Assembly (NCBI GenBank): GCA_043781235.1
Contig: JAYWBT010000182.1
Coordinates: 140-64,139 of the forward strand
Direction: 5' to 3'
Origin: Deltaproteobacteria bacterium
GTDB taxonomy: Bacteria > Myxococcota > Myxococcia > Myxococcales > 40CM-4-68-19
Length of the DNA: 64,000 nucleotides
Positions 1-8,322 of this stretch are shown piece by piece; positions within the stretch are counted from its first letter, which is position 1, and the number at the start of each line of letters is the position of its first letter. A model generated the notes under the pieces. It saw only the letters and a program-made list of their open reading frames with translations. It had not been told where the DNA came from and made no database searches. The position numbers and the translations under genes are program-made.

Positions 1-3000
1 CGCCAGGGGCTCGCCGCGTCGGCGGTGGCCGGGACGGCGGTGATGGTCCTGCTCCCGTACTCTAGGACATAGAACCAGCGACCCGCGGCGTCGGTGGCGA
101 TCGACACCGGGCCAATCTGCAGCGGATGGATCTCTGTCTCGATGGTGGACTGGCCCGGCCGGTAAGCACGGCCGACATACGCGTTCTCGTAGGTGATCAT
201 CGACCATCCTCCGGCGGCGCTGTACGCGACCCGGCTGGACGAGCTGACACCCAGGTCCACCACAAACTGCGGTTGCGTGCCGGAATCCGTCACGACGGTG
301 GTGGTCCAGATGGCGAGTCTCTTGGACTGGCCGACCCCGTCGATGATCGCGTAGAGCGATTCCGATTTCTTGTCGGGCGACGGGACCAGCGCGAGATCGT
401 CGTGCCCGAGCCCCGCGATCGTCCCGTTCAGAGGCAGGGCGAAGGACCGGTGCGCCGCCGCCGGGGTGGCGCTGACTCCGAGGAGTTGATCGAAGGCGAC
501 CGGGTTCATGTCGCTGCTGTGCGCACCGGCGTAGAGAACAGTGGTGCCGCCCAGCCCGGAGGCCACCAGGTGACCGGTCGCAAAGAACGACGACAGCTGC
601 GTCGGAGCCGTCGTCGCGCCCGGATTGAACTGGTAGATCCCGAGACCGCGAGCCGCCGCATAGACCAACCCGGGCGACGCGTCGCTGGTCGCGAGGGTCA
701 CCAGCTTCATCAGCGGGCACGGCACCTGGTTGGTGTTCCAGCTGAGCGTTCCGTCGGCAGCGACGGCGCCGACGACGAACACGCTGTCGACCTTGGCTTG
801 ACCGGTCCAGGCGATCGCGTAGATGTCCTTGTCGTTGCCGACGGGAGCGAACGCGATGTCCTGGACGTCGGCGAGGGCAACCGGGAAGTCGACCGACGCG
901 ATCAGCTTCTTGCCCACGAGATCGTAGACGTTCACCTTGCCGTCGCCGCCGCAGGTAAAGGCGAGCGGCCGGCCGGGGTGGACCCGGATTCGGCTGTGCA
1001 TACCCGCGCCGAAGATCGTCGTCGGATGAGGCGTATTCGCAGGCAGGTTGCTGCGAAGGATGTCATAGGGCGGGTAAACGAGGTCGTCGAACATCGCGCA
1101 GAAGGTCTTGCTCTGGAGCAAGTTCTTGAGGCCATCGAAGAAGGCGCGCAGGATTGCGTCCTCCTCGTTATCGGCGCCCGGCGCGGACGGATCCTTCTCG
1201 CCCGAGATGAAGATGTGGATGCTGTTGGTCTGATTCGCGATCTGCCACAACAGGTTCATGAGCGCGATCAGACGCTTGGCCGCCAGCCCGACCGGCCCGT
1301 CTGCCGCGCCGGGAGTCAGCTGGCCCTTCACGAACTTGATCACGTTCAGGATGCAGTCCTTGTAGATGTCGAGAAGGATGGTGCCATCGAGCAGCTCCTC
1401 CCAGGGATTCTCCGGGTGGACATACGTCTCGGCATGGAAGGCGCGGCGCTTGTCGATCCAGAGGCTGACCGTGCCGTCGGCGAGCTTCCCGTCGGAGTTG
1501 CGCGACAGCGTGCCCTCGGCGACCGCAAGATCGCCCAGCGCGAGCGCAGTGATGGTGTCGTCGGCAGTTGACTCGAGCCGGATGTCGGCGCCCGTCGGAT
1601 GGAGGGCATAGCCATCGCGCACGATCACCGCCTCGCGCGGCTTCCCGAGCTTGTGGGCATCCGCATAGTCGGTCGTCATGCATTGCACCTGCAGGCCGCA
1701 GACCACGCCCCAGCCGTGGAGATGCTGGTTGTGAAACTCGAGGTCATCGTCCACCAGGTCCTGGAACCGCCGGCGGCAATCGGCCACTTCTGCGGTCTTC
1801 AGATCTGCATGCCAGTTGATCAGCGCCAGCGGCACCGCCCAGCGCTTCGGCCCATCGGGTGACTGGAACCGGGCGAGGCGCGCCGGGAGGAACGCGTGCG
1901 GCATTCCCGGCCGCACTCCGATCATCCAGTAATCGCCGGGGGCGCGAGCAGCGCCCTTGGTGTACACGCGTACACCGGTGCCGGTTCCATTCGACGCGAC
2001 CAGCTCAGTGGCGGTGTTCTCGTCGGCCGCGAAGGCGAACTGGTTTTCCCAGATTCGCAGGAACACCTGCGGCGGGAGGTGTTCGACGAAATCAGCCGGC
2101 AACGCCGCGTCCAGCGTCACTGTCCGCACGGTGGGGTCGTAGCTATCGACTTGCATCACCGCGCCGACCGCGGAGGCGATGCGCGCCCCATCTCCGAAGT
2201 CCACGGCGGTACCCAGTACCTCCACCCACTGCCTCGCGCTCGGTTGGTGATAGACGTCGACGGGAATGCCATCGAGCCGGAGCGTCCTCGGGCCCGTGAG
2301 GGTCACGCGATACAGGAAGGACGCATTGTCCCAGCCCCAAAGCATCCTTTCGTCGCCGGTCACCTGCACGCGAATCAACTGGTTCTCCGGGCCCAGAAAG
2401 CCGGTCTGCGCGGTCGGTTGACACGCGTCGCCGGCGGCGGTGGGGTCGGGAACGAGGTCGACACGCAGCATCATCGTCGAGTCGAGCCGCATGGTCGCCG
2501 GATCGAAAGCGACGCGCCCCGGGTAGGCCACCTCCAGCGCGTCGGAGAACGCGGTCTCGCAGCCCGAATCGTTGACGGGCAGCCGCTGTACCCGCTGGAT
2601 CAGGCGCGTGCGCGACGCGGTGTCGGGACCGCCGAGAGCGACCTCGCGCAGCGCCGCATCCTCGACTGCGCAAACCTCCTGCTCGGTAACGGCGAGGTAG
2701 ATCGCCTCGCTGAACGGCGCGGTATTGGTCGGATAAGGGGCCGGGCGCCCGGTGGGGTAGTCGACCCATTCGGTCCGCTGCTGTCCGAGGTACGTCGCCT
2801 GCGGCTCAGCGTTGCGGACCCGCATGCCCCCGACGTAGAGCGTCCCTTCCCCGATGTCGAAATCGAACGGCCCGGAGCCGGCGGCGGGTACCGAGATCTC
2901 GAACCCGCCGTCCGGCGCGCCGGTCGGCCCGATGATGTCGATCAGCTCGGCGCGCGACTCCTCGGCGCGGATCTCCTCGGCCTCGTTCGCGTCCGCCTCG

Positions 3001-3083
3001 ACGGTAACCCGCCCTTGCTGCGAAACGATCGACCGGTACATCCTGCCGGCATCGTAGGATCTGCGCGCTCTATCGCTGCCCAT
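1..3083 (-). CDS. Large distal CIS/baseplate-associated protein, 3' end beyond window (DUF6519-like N-terminus, beta-propeller-like C-terminal repeats)
   Basis: My own reverse-strand translation from ATG 3083 reads MGSDRARRSYDAGRMYRSIVSQQGRVTVEADANEAEEIRAEE... The track lists no minus-strand ORF with a stop in this frame between 1 and 3083, so the frame stays open to base 1. The gene is missing from the track because its stop lies outside the window. It starts 13 nt downstream of the gpI-like gene on the same strand and has high GC3. The later part has repeated strands (KVNVYDL, DIYAIAW, LVYAAARGLGIYQF, LYAIIDG, RWFYVLEYG) typical of propeller blades. Confidence 0.75.
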   Translation of the reverse strand, partial: MGSDRARRSYDAGRMYRSIVSQQGRVTVEADANEAEEIRAEESRAELIDIIGPTGAPDGGFEISVPAAGSGPFDFDIGEGTLYVGGMRVRNAEPQATYLGQQRTEWVDYPTGRPAPYPTNTAPFSEAIYLAVTEQEVCAVEDAALREVALGGPDTASRTRLIQRVQRLPVNDSGCETAFSDALEVAYPGRVAFDPATMRLDSTMMLRVDLVPDPTAAGDACQPTAQTGFLGPENQLIRVQVTGDERMLWGWDNASFLYRVTLTGPRTLRLDGIPVDVYHQPSARQWVEVLGTAVDFGDGARIASAVGAVMQVDSYDPTVRTVTLDAALPADFVEHLPPQVFLRIWENQFAFAADENTATELVASNGTGTGVRVYTKGAARAPGDYWMIGVRPGMPHAFLPARLARFQSPDGPKRWAVPLALINWHADLKTAEVADCRRRFQDLVDDDLEFHNQHLHGWGVVCGLQVQCMTTDYADAHKLGKPREAVIVRDGYALHPTGADIRLESTADDTITALALGDLAVAEGTLSRNSDGKLADGTVSLWIDKRRAFHAETYVHPENPWEELLDGTILLDIYKDCILNVIKFVKGQLTPGAADGPVGLAAKRLIALMNLLWQIANQTNSIHIFISGEKDPSAPGADNEEDAILRAFFDGLKNLLQSKTFCAMFDDLVYPPYDILRSNLPANTPHPTTIFGAGMHSRIRVHPGRPLAFTCGGDGKVNVYDLVGKKLIASVDFPVALADVQDIAFAPVGNDKDIYAIAWTGQAKVDSVFVVGAVAADGTLSWNTNQVPCPLMKLVTLATSDASPGLVYAAARGLGIYQFNPGATTAPTQLSSFFATGHLVASGLGGTTVLYAGAHSSDMNPVAFDQLLGVSATPAAAHRSFALPLNGTIAGLGHDDLALVPSPDKKSESLYAIIDGVGQSKRLAIWTTTVVTDSGTQPQFVVDLGVSSSSRVAYSAAGGWSMITYENAYVGRAYRPGQSTIETEIHPLQIGPVSIATDAAGRWFYVLEYGSRTITAVPATADAASPW

Positions 3084-3095
3084 TCAAGACCCCTG

Positions 3096-5501
3096 TCAGG
3101 TTACGTGGATGACCACCGGCTCAAGCCCGAGCGGCAGGTACTCCTGGTACTTGATGAGGAGGCTGCGCTCCTTGACCGCGCTCTTCTCCCGCGAGAAGGC
3201 CCCCATCTCGGAGCCGTCCTCGGCGCCCCCCGCAATCGCGCTGCTCGCGGTGGCAAGGAGCTGCGCGTACTCGGGCCGCCCGAATTCGCGCGACGCGAAC
3301 AGCCCGGCGCGCGGCCGCTCCGGCACGCTCTCGTATTGCCGCGGCAGGACGCTGCCGGTGGAATACGCGCTGAAGCGCACGCAGCCGTGCTGGCAGTCGT
3401 CGACACCGACGAAGTCGTGGAGGATGCATTCGCTTGCGTCCAAACGGTGGACCTGCGCCCAGCCGAGGACCGTGCAGCGCGAGAGCGCGACCTGACCGGT
3501 GCTCAAGGAGATCGCCAATGCCTCGTAATCCGCCCCCTGCACGATGCTGTCGCGCACCGCGACCGACTCGACCAGGCCCCGGCTACCATCGGGGGCTCGC
3601 TCGGTGAGGATCGGTCCGGTGATGCAGCGCTCGATCTCCAGCAGCCGCACCCTGCCCCGGATCGACAACCGGGTCGCCGCCAGCTTGCGGCCATCCGCGG
3701 CAAGTCGCCATCCGGGTCGAGGAGGAGCCGGGTTCCAGCTCCCGGGGTCGAGCGTGCAACACGAGAGGGTCACCCGGTCGAACGAGCCTTGCAGCACGAG
3801 GTCACAGCCGCCGCTGATGAAGAGGCCGCGGAGCGCGAGCGTCGCGTCGCCTCTTCCGGTGAACACCCACCTGGCGGCATCCGGGCGGATGACCGGGCGC
3901 TGCTTGTTCTCCGCGCGCAGCTCGACGTGGTCGATGAGATCCAGATCGGCGACCGTCGGATAGGTGACCGAGTCGCCGATCACGACCGTGCCGCTGAGCG
4001 CGCTGCTGCTTGGGTCTAGGTGCAGCAGCGCCGGCGCCAGCGGAACCCCCTCGTTGACGAGGGTGACCGGCAACGGCGGCTCCTCTTCCGACGCTCCCGG
4101 GGCGAGGCGATCGTAGGCCCCTGCACCGATCTCGGACGAGAAGCCGTGATGGTAGCTCACGCGGAACGGTCCGTCGGTGGGCGCGGCGGGCCAGACGATC
4201 CTCCCGCGCTCCGCATCGATCCACGGCCTGCCCGCCCGCTGGCGCGGATCGGATGAGATCTCCACCGCTGGAATCAGATCGTAGAGGGAGCCGAGCTTGC
4301 GGTACACGGCCAGCGAGCTCGCAGGAGCATCCGGCCGCGGGTCGCGATAGAGATCGAGCAGCGCGACCTTGATCAGATCCGCCGTGATCGGCCCCGGGAG
4401 CTGGTGCGGCTGCGGTGAGACCCACTGGTCGCCGAAGGGCCGAGCGCCGGCCGCGAAGAGGGGGATGTCCCGCCCGGTCGGGTCGAAGGTGTACTGGTTG
4501 GGACAGGTCTTGTCCCTGACCGGCGTGACCTGCGCGACCGGCAGGCTCTTCAACCGCCACAAGAACACGCCGAGGCGCGGGATGTCGTGCCAGCCGGTCA
4601 TTCCCCGGCCCCTCCGGACGTCGGCGGTGTGGAAGAACTCGTCGAAAGGGGTGTTGGTCAGGGCGGCACCGTGCACGTTGCGCAGATCCGCAAGGCCACC
4701 AGCACCGGTGAGAGTGCGCGCGCCGATCAGCCCCTGCGCCAGCTGCAACCGCAGGCGCGGATCGGCGGTCACCACGAAGGTAAAGGTGTCGTTGAGGACG
4801 AAGCTCGGCGTGCCGCCACCGTTGACCAGCATCACCACGATCGTCCCGCCACCCGGCGGGTCGAGGGTCGCGCTCGAAGCAGTGCCCTGCGAGACCCAGC
4901 CCGCTCCGTCGATGCTGGTCGACCAGGAGGCCACCGCCACCTGGCCGGCGACGTCGATGCTCACCGAAATGCTGTGATTGTTCAGCGGCGAGCCTCCGAG
5001 CCTCAGGGTGCCCGAGCTCGCGCCCGCGTGAGCGACGGCCGAAAATGTCGGCAGCACAGGAAAACCGATCGCAGGGTCGAGGCCGTGCCGGGTGCGCCCC
5101 AGCCGATGGAAGAACTCGACCGCGCGCGCGCTCCAGCCGGTGATGTCGCTGGCGAGCTCTTCGAGGAGGCCGATGGTGCCCTTGCGACGCCGGTAATAGA
5201 TGGTCCTGGCGACGTCGACTCGTCGCCCACGCGCGTCGAGACTGGCAACCAGATTGGTTTGCAGGAGCTCGCCCAGGTAGGCGATGACCCAGTCGTCGCA
5301 GGTCTCGATCGACTGGTCTTCCCAGAGGCGGTCGATGCTGCGGCGAACGACCGCGGCCTGTGCACCGACGCGCTCGACCAGCTCCCGGAGCGGGCCTTTG
5401 CGATTGAAATCGTCCGAGTCCTCGGCGCGATAGATCGCCGGGAGCAGGTTCCAGAGCTTCTCGGCGTACCAGGCCTCGTACCGATCCGGATCATTCGCCA
5501 T
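3096..5501 (-). CDS. Baseplate wedge protein, phage P2 gpI / Afp12(gp7)-like tail protein
   Basis: ORF 3096..5621 trimmed to ATG 5501 (MANDPDRYEAWYAEKLWNLLPAIYRAEDSDDFNRKGPLRELVERVG...). The LPxIYRxxD N-terminal signature is typical of gpI-type tail proteins in phage-tail-like clusters. The start overlaps the upstream stop (5491) by 11 nt. Confidence 0.75.
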   Translation of the reverse strand: MANDPDRYEAWYAEKLWNLLPAIYRAEDSDDFNRKGPLRELVERVGAQAAVVRRSIDRLWEDQSIETCDDWVIAYLGELLQTNLVASLDARGRRVDVARTIYYRRRKGTIGLLEELASDITGWSARAVEFFHRLGRTRHGLDPAIGFPVLPTFSAVAHAGASSGTLRLGGSPLNNHSISVSIDVAGQVAVASWSTSIDGAGWVSQGTASSATLDPPGGGTIVVMLVNGGGTPSFVLNDTFTFVVTADPRLRLQLAQGLIGARTLTGAGGLADLRNVHGAALTNTPFDEFFHTADVRRGRGMTGWHDIPRLGVFLWRLKSLPVAQVTPVRDKTCPNQYTFDPTGRDIPLFAAGARPFGDQWVSPQPHQLPGPITADLIKVALLDLYRDPRPDAPASSLAVYRKLGSLYDLIPAVEISSDPRQRAGRPWIDAERGRIVWPAAPTDGPFRVSYHHGFSSEIGAGAYDRLAPGASEEEPPLPVTLVNEGVPLAPALLHLDPSSSALSGTVVIGDSVTYPTVADLDLIDHVELRAENKQRPVIRPDAARWVFTGRGDATLALRGLFISGGCDLVLQGSFDRVTLSCCTLDPGSWNPAPPRPGWRLAADGRKLAATRLSIRGRVRLLEIERCITGPILTERAPDGSRGLVESVAVRDSIVQGADYEALAISLSTGQVALSRCTVLGWAQVHRLDASECILHDFVGVDDCQHGCVRFSAYSTGSVLPRQYESVPERPRAGLFASREFGRPEYAQLLATASSAIAGGAEDGSEMGAFSREKSAVKERSLLIKYQEYLPLGLEPVVIHVT

Positions 5502-8322
5502 GGCGCGCGACCTCCGCGCTGACGTGGAGGCGGTCTCCACGAAGCAGATAGAAGTTTCCCTCGCCAGGCGAGTGGCGTTTTCCGGAGTCCAATCGCAACT
5601 GGTCGGCCATCTCGAAGCCAAGCCCGCGCGCGGACCACCAGGCGTCGAGGCGGTCTAAGATTGGGACCGGCACCCGAATCCAGACGCGGAATTCCAATCC
5701 GCGGACCGCGACCACGCCCGGGACGCGCAGGCAGGCGTCATAGATGTAGCTGTCGTAGACGATCTGGCCGATCTGGACGACCTCGGTCCCGAAAGGCTCG
5801 GCACGCGGGTCGAGCAGCGCCGTGATGACCGCGGCCTGGACGAGGTCCGGGTCGTACGCTGGATCGACCTCCAGCGTGAGCCTGAGATCGGGATACAGCG
5901 GCGCCGCCAGCGCGACGAGGACCGGCCGATTCGGATCGGCGAACGCGCGGAGCGCCTCGGTGGCTGCCGCGACCACAGCGTCATCGTCCCCGACAAAGAC
6001 CTTGACCAGGCTGCGCTGGGAGGCGCCGTCCCAGCTGAAGTAGGACCGCGCCCGCCTCACCCCGGGCGTCTGTGCCGCGACCGCTTCGTAGTCGTCGCCG
6101 GAGACAGCGCGGCCGAAGGTGAGCACCGAGCGCGGCGCGTAACGGCGGACCTGTTCAGGCGGATCGGGATCGGCGCCGCCGCCCGGCGCGACCGGATTCT
6201 CGATCGCCTGGAGCCCCGGCTGGGGCTTGAGGATCGAGGTGAGCGTCCCGACGGGAGGCACCGCGGCGCCGCTGCCGTAGCGGTATTGAGCGACCACGTT
6301 CTCCCTGCCGGCGGGCAGCCTTGCACCGTTCTCGCCATCGCCGAATCGGACGTGGGTCTTCTGCTCGTCGTCCTCGCGGGTGACGAACACGCGTGCGTCG
6401 GGCGCCACGCCATAGAAGCTGGGGACTTCGCGCCATTCGATCCAGTCGACGCGGACCCGCAGCGTGCTCCGGTATCCGTTGAACGATCGCGGACCGGTAC
6501 CGGCCAGATAGGTGAGCGGCGAGCGCTTGAGCACGAACTCCTGCCCGATCAGGGTGGGGTCGCCGCTTCCGAGGATCTCGCTCGAGACCGTCTGGCCGCG
6601 GGAGACCGGCAACAGGTGCAGCAGCGCCCGCAGCGGGGGAACGAGATCCTTCCCGAAAGTGCTGCCCGTCGTCCCGATCCAGCCGGGGACGCCGTTGCCG
6701 ATCGCGTCCGTGACCAGCACCGGCGCCGTCCGTCCGGCCGGCAAGGCCGGCGGCGCGGGCACGTCCACGGCCGTGGGTTTGCCGGGAGCGGGAGGGCCGA
6801 TGAGCTGTCCGACCTCCTTCCAGCCGTAATGGATCACGATGGCCTTCAGGCCTTGGTCGCGTTGGGCCATCCTGTCGAGGTCACCATTTGCGGCGAAGGT
6901 GAGCTTGGAATGAGGGATGGGAATCGGGGGCGAAGAATTGCTGGGCGGGCCAATCGGCGGTCCCTGGCCGTACCGGTCGGACTGGGGTGCGTTGGCGTAC
7001 CATATCTGCTCGGAATATCCGGTGACCTTCACGAGCTGCGGGCGCGGAGTTTCGAAGTAATCGAGCAGTTGTTGCAGCAATGCTCCTAGGAATCCGCCAC
7101 TGATCTGCTTGAACAGCCAGTTGAGGCCCCCTTCGGCCGTCTTCTCGAACAGCACGGGATCGCCCGCGCTGATCCCTCGCGTGATCCCCTCCAGATGTGC
7201 GGCACCGAGCTTGTTATCGAGCAGCGAGGCGCCGGCAAGGACGCGTGGATCCTCGATAGGCTGGCTGGGGGGCCCGCCGCCGAAGATGAAAGCGAACGGA
7301 CTGAATAGGCCCTCCAGGAACTGTTGCGCCAGGCTAGCGTCCATCAACGAGGGGTCCGAAGAGCCAGGGTAACGGTCGTGGTACAGCCAGAGATGCGCGA
7401 GCTTTGTGGCCCGGAGGATGCGGTACTGGCTGTGTGCCAGGCCCTCGGGCAAGTTGTGCGCGGAGACGGCCGTCACCTCGGTGTACGCGTGCTCGACCTG
7501 GTCCCAGAAGGGAATGACGTCGCGGACCGTGACCAGCGCATAGCCGGATTCGCCGAGTCCCGCGGGCGAGCCGCTCGGCTGCTCCCCGTCCCAACTCCGC
7601 TTCAAGACCAGGATGACGTCGTCGCGCTTCACGTTGGTGATGGCACCATCGAGAGTGAACTTGAACAGCTCCCCTTCCTGGACCGTGAGCCCGGGCCCCG
7701 GGGGCAGCAGCACCCTGGCCGGAAAAAAATTGACGAAGAAGCCGGTCGCGTCCCTCGGGGCGGGGCCTGTCCAGGTCGTCGTACCCAGCCCGCCCGGGGC
7801 CGAGGAGAACCGCGCCGAGAAGGGCAGCGGTCGCCCGAGCTCGCCAATCTCGACATCGCCATCCAGCTCGAAGATCTGCGCCGGCTCACCCGGCGCGGAC
7901 CCACCCTCGAGCGGGAACCCGCTCGGAATGACGAATGACCGCGGGCTATCCGTCAGCGCCGCGACGACGCCGGTCGCGCCGATGCCAGGACGCGGCCGGT
8001 AGCCCAGCAGCCGGATGATGCGCCGGACATCCTCGGGGCGGACCGCCGTGCGCAGGAGCACTTCCTGGAGCGCGCGCTCATTGTAGAACGCGAGCACGTC
8101 GGCGAGGTAGGCCCACCACTCCAGCATCTGGAGAGCGAGGTCGCTCCCCTCGGTCGGGTGCCAGTCGGTGAGCGCCGTCTCGCCTGGACGCGAGCGCAGC
8201 AGCGCATGGCGGAACGCCACATAGTCGCCGACGCGGTAATCGAGGGAAGCGCGGCCCGGCGGATTGAAGATGGTCCGGGGATGAACGAAGACCTCGCAGG
8301 GGCACTCTGTCGGGGCGCTCAT
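5491..8322 (-). CDS. Baseplate J / gp6-like assembly protein (paralogue 2)
   Basis: ORF 5491..8658 trimmed to ATG 8322 (MSAPTECPCEVFVHPRTIFNPPGRASLDYRVGDYVAFRHALL...LQMLEWWAYLADVLAFYNERALQE). ATGA overlap with the upstream stop at 8319-8321. The N-terminal architecture matches the preceding gene. Confidence 0.75.
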   Translation of the reverse strand: MSAPTECPCEVFVHPRTIFNPPGRASLDYRVGDYVAFRHALLRSRPGETALTDWHPTEGSDLALQMLEWWAYLADVLAFYNERALQEVLLRTAVRPEDVRRIIRLLGYRPRPGIGATGVVAALTDSPRSFVIPSGFPLEGGSAPGEPAQIFELDGDVEIGELGRPLPFSARFSSAPGGLGTTTWTGPAPRDATGFFVNFFPARVLLPPGPGLTVQEGELFKFTLDGAITNVKRDDVILVLKRSWDGEQPSGSPAGLGESGYALVTVRDVIPFWDQVEHAYTEVTAVSAHNLPEGLAHSQYRILRATKLAHLWLYHDRYPGSSDPSLMDASLAQQFLEGLFSPFAFIFGGGPPSQPIEDPRVLAGASLLDNKLGAAHLEGITRGISAGDPVLFEKTAEGGLNWLFKQISGGFLGALLQQLLDYFETPRPQLVKVTGYSEQIWYANAPQSDRYGQGPPIGPPSNSSPPIPIPHSKLTFAANGDLDRMAQRDQGLKAIVIHYGWKEVGQLIGPPAPGKPTAVDVPAPPALPAGRTAPVLVTDAIGNGVPGWIGTTGSTFGKDLVPPLRALLHLLPVSRGQTVSSEILGSGDPTLIGQEFVLKRSPLTYLAGTGPRSFNGYRSTLRVRVDWIEWREVPSFYGVAPDARVFVTREDDEQKTHVRFGDGENGARLPAGRENVVAQYRYGSGAAVPPVGTLTSILKPQPGLQAIENPVAPGGGADPDPPEQVRRYAPRSVLTFGRAVSGDDYEAVAAQTPGVRRARSYFSWDGASQRSLVKVFVGDDDAVVAAATEALRAFADPNRPVLVALAAPLYPDLRLTLEVDPAYDPDLVQAAVITALLDPRAEPFGTEVVQIGQIVYDSYIYDACLRVPGVVAVRGLEFRVWIRVPVPILDRLDAWWSARGLGFEMADQLRLDSGKRHSPGEGNFYLLRGDRLHVSAEVARHGE

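Noticed and set aside
126-4019. Long plus-strand ORFs 126..1571 (481 aa) and 1896..4019 (707 aa).
   Set aside because: Their Arg/Gly/Asp/Ala-rich, motif-free translations are typical of antisense shadow ORFs in GC-rich DNA. The opposite strand encodes recognisable tail-cluster proteins in an uninterrupted frame.
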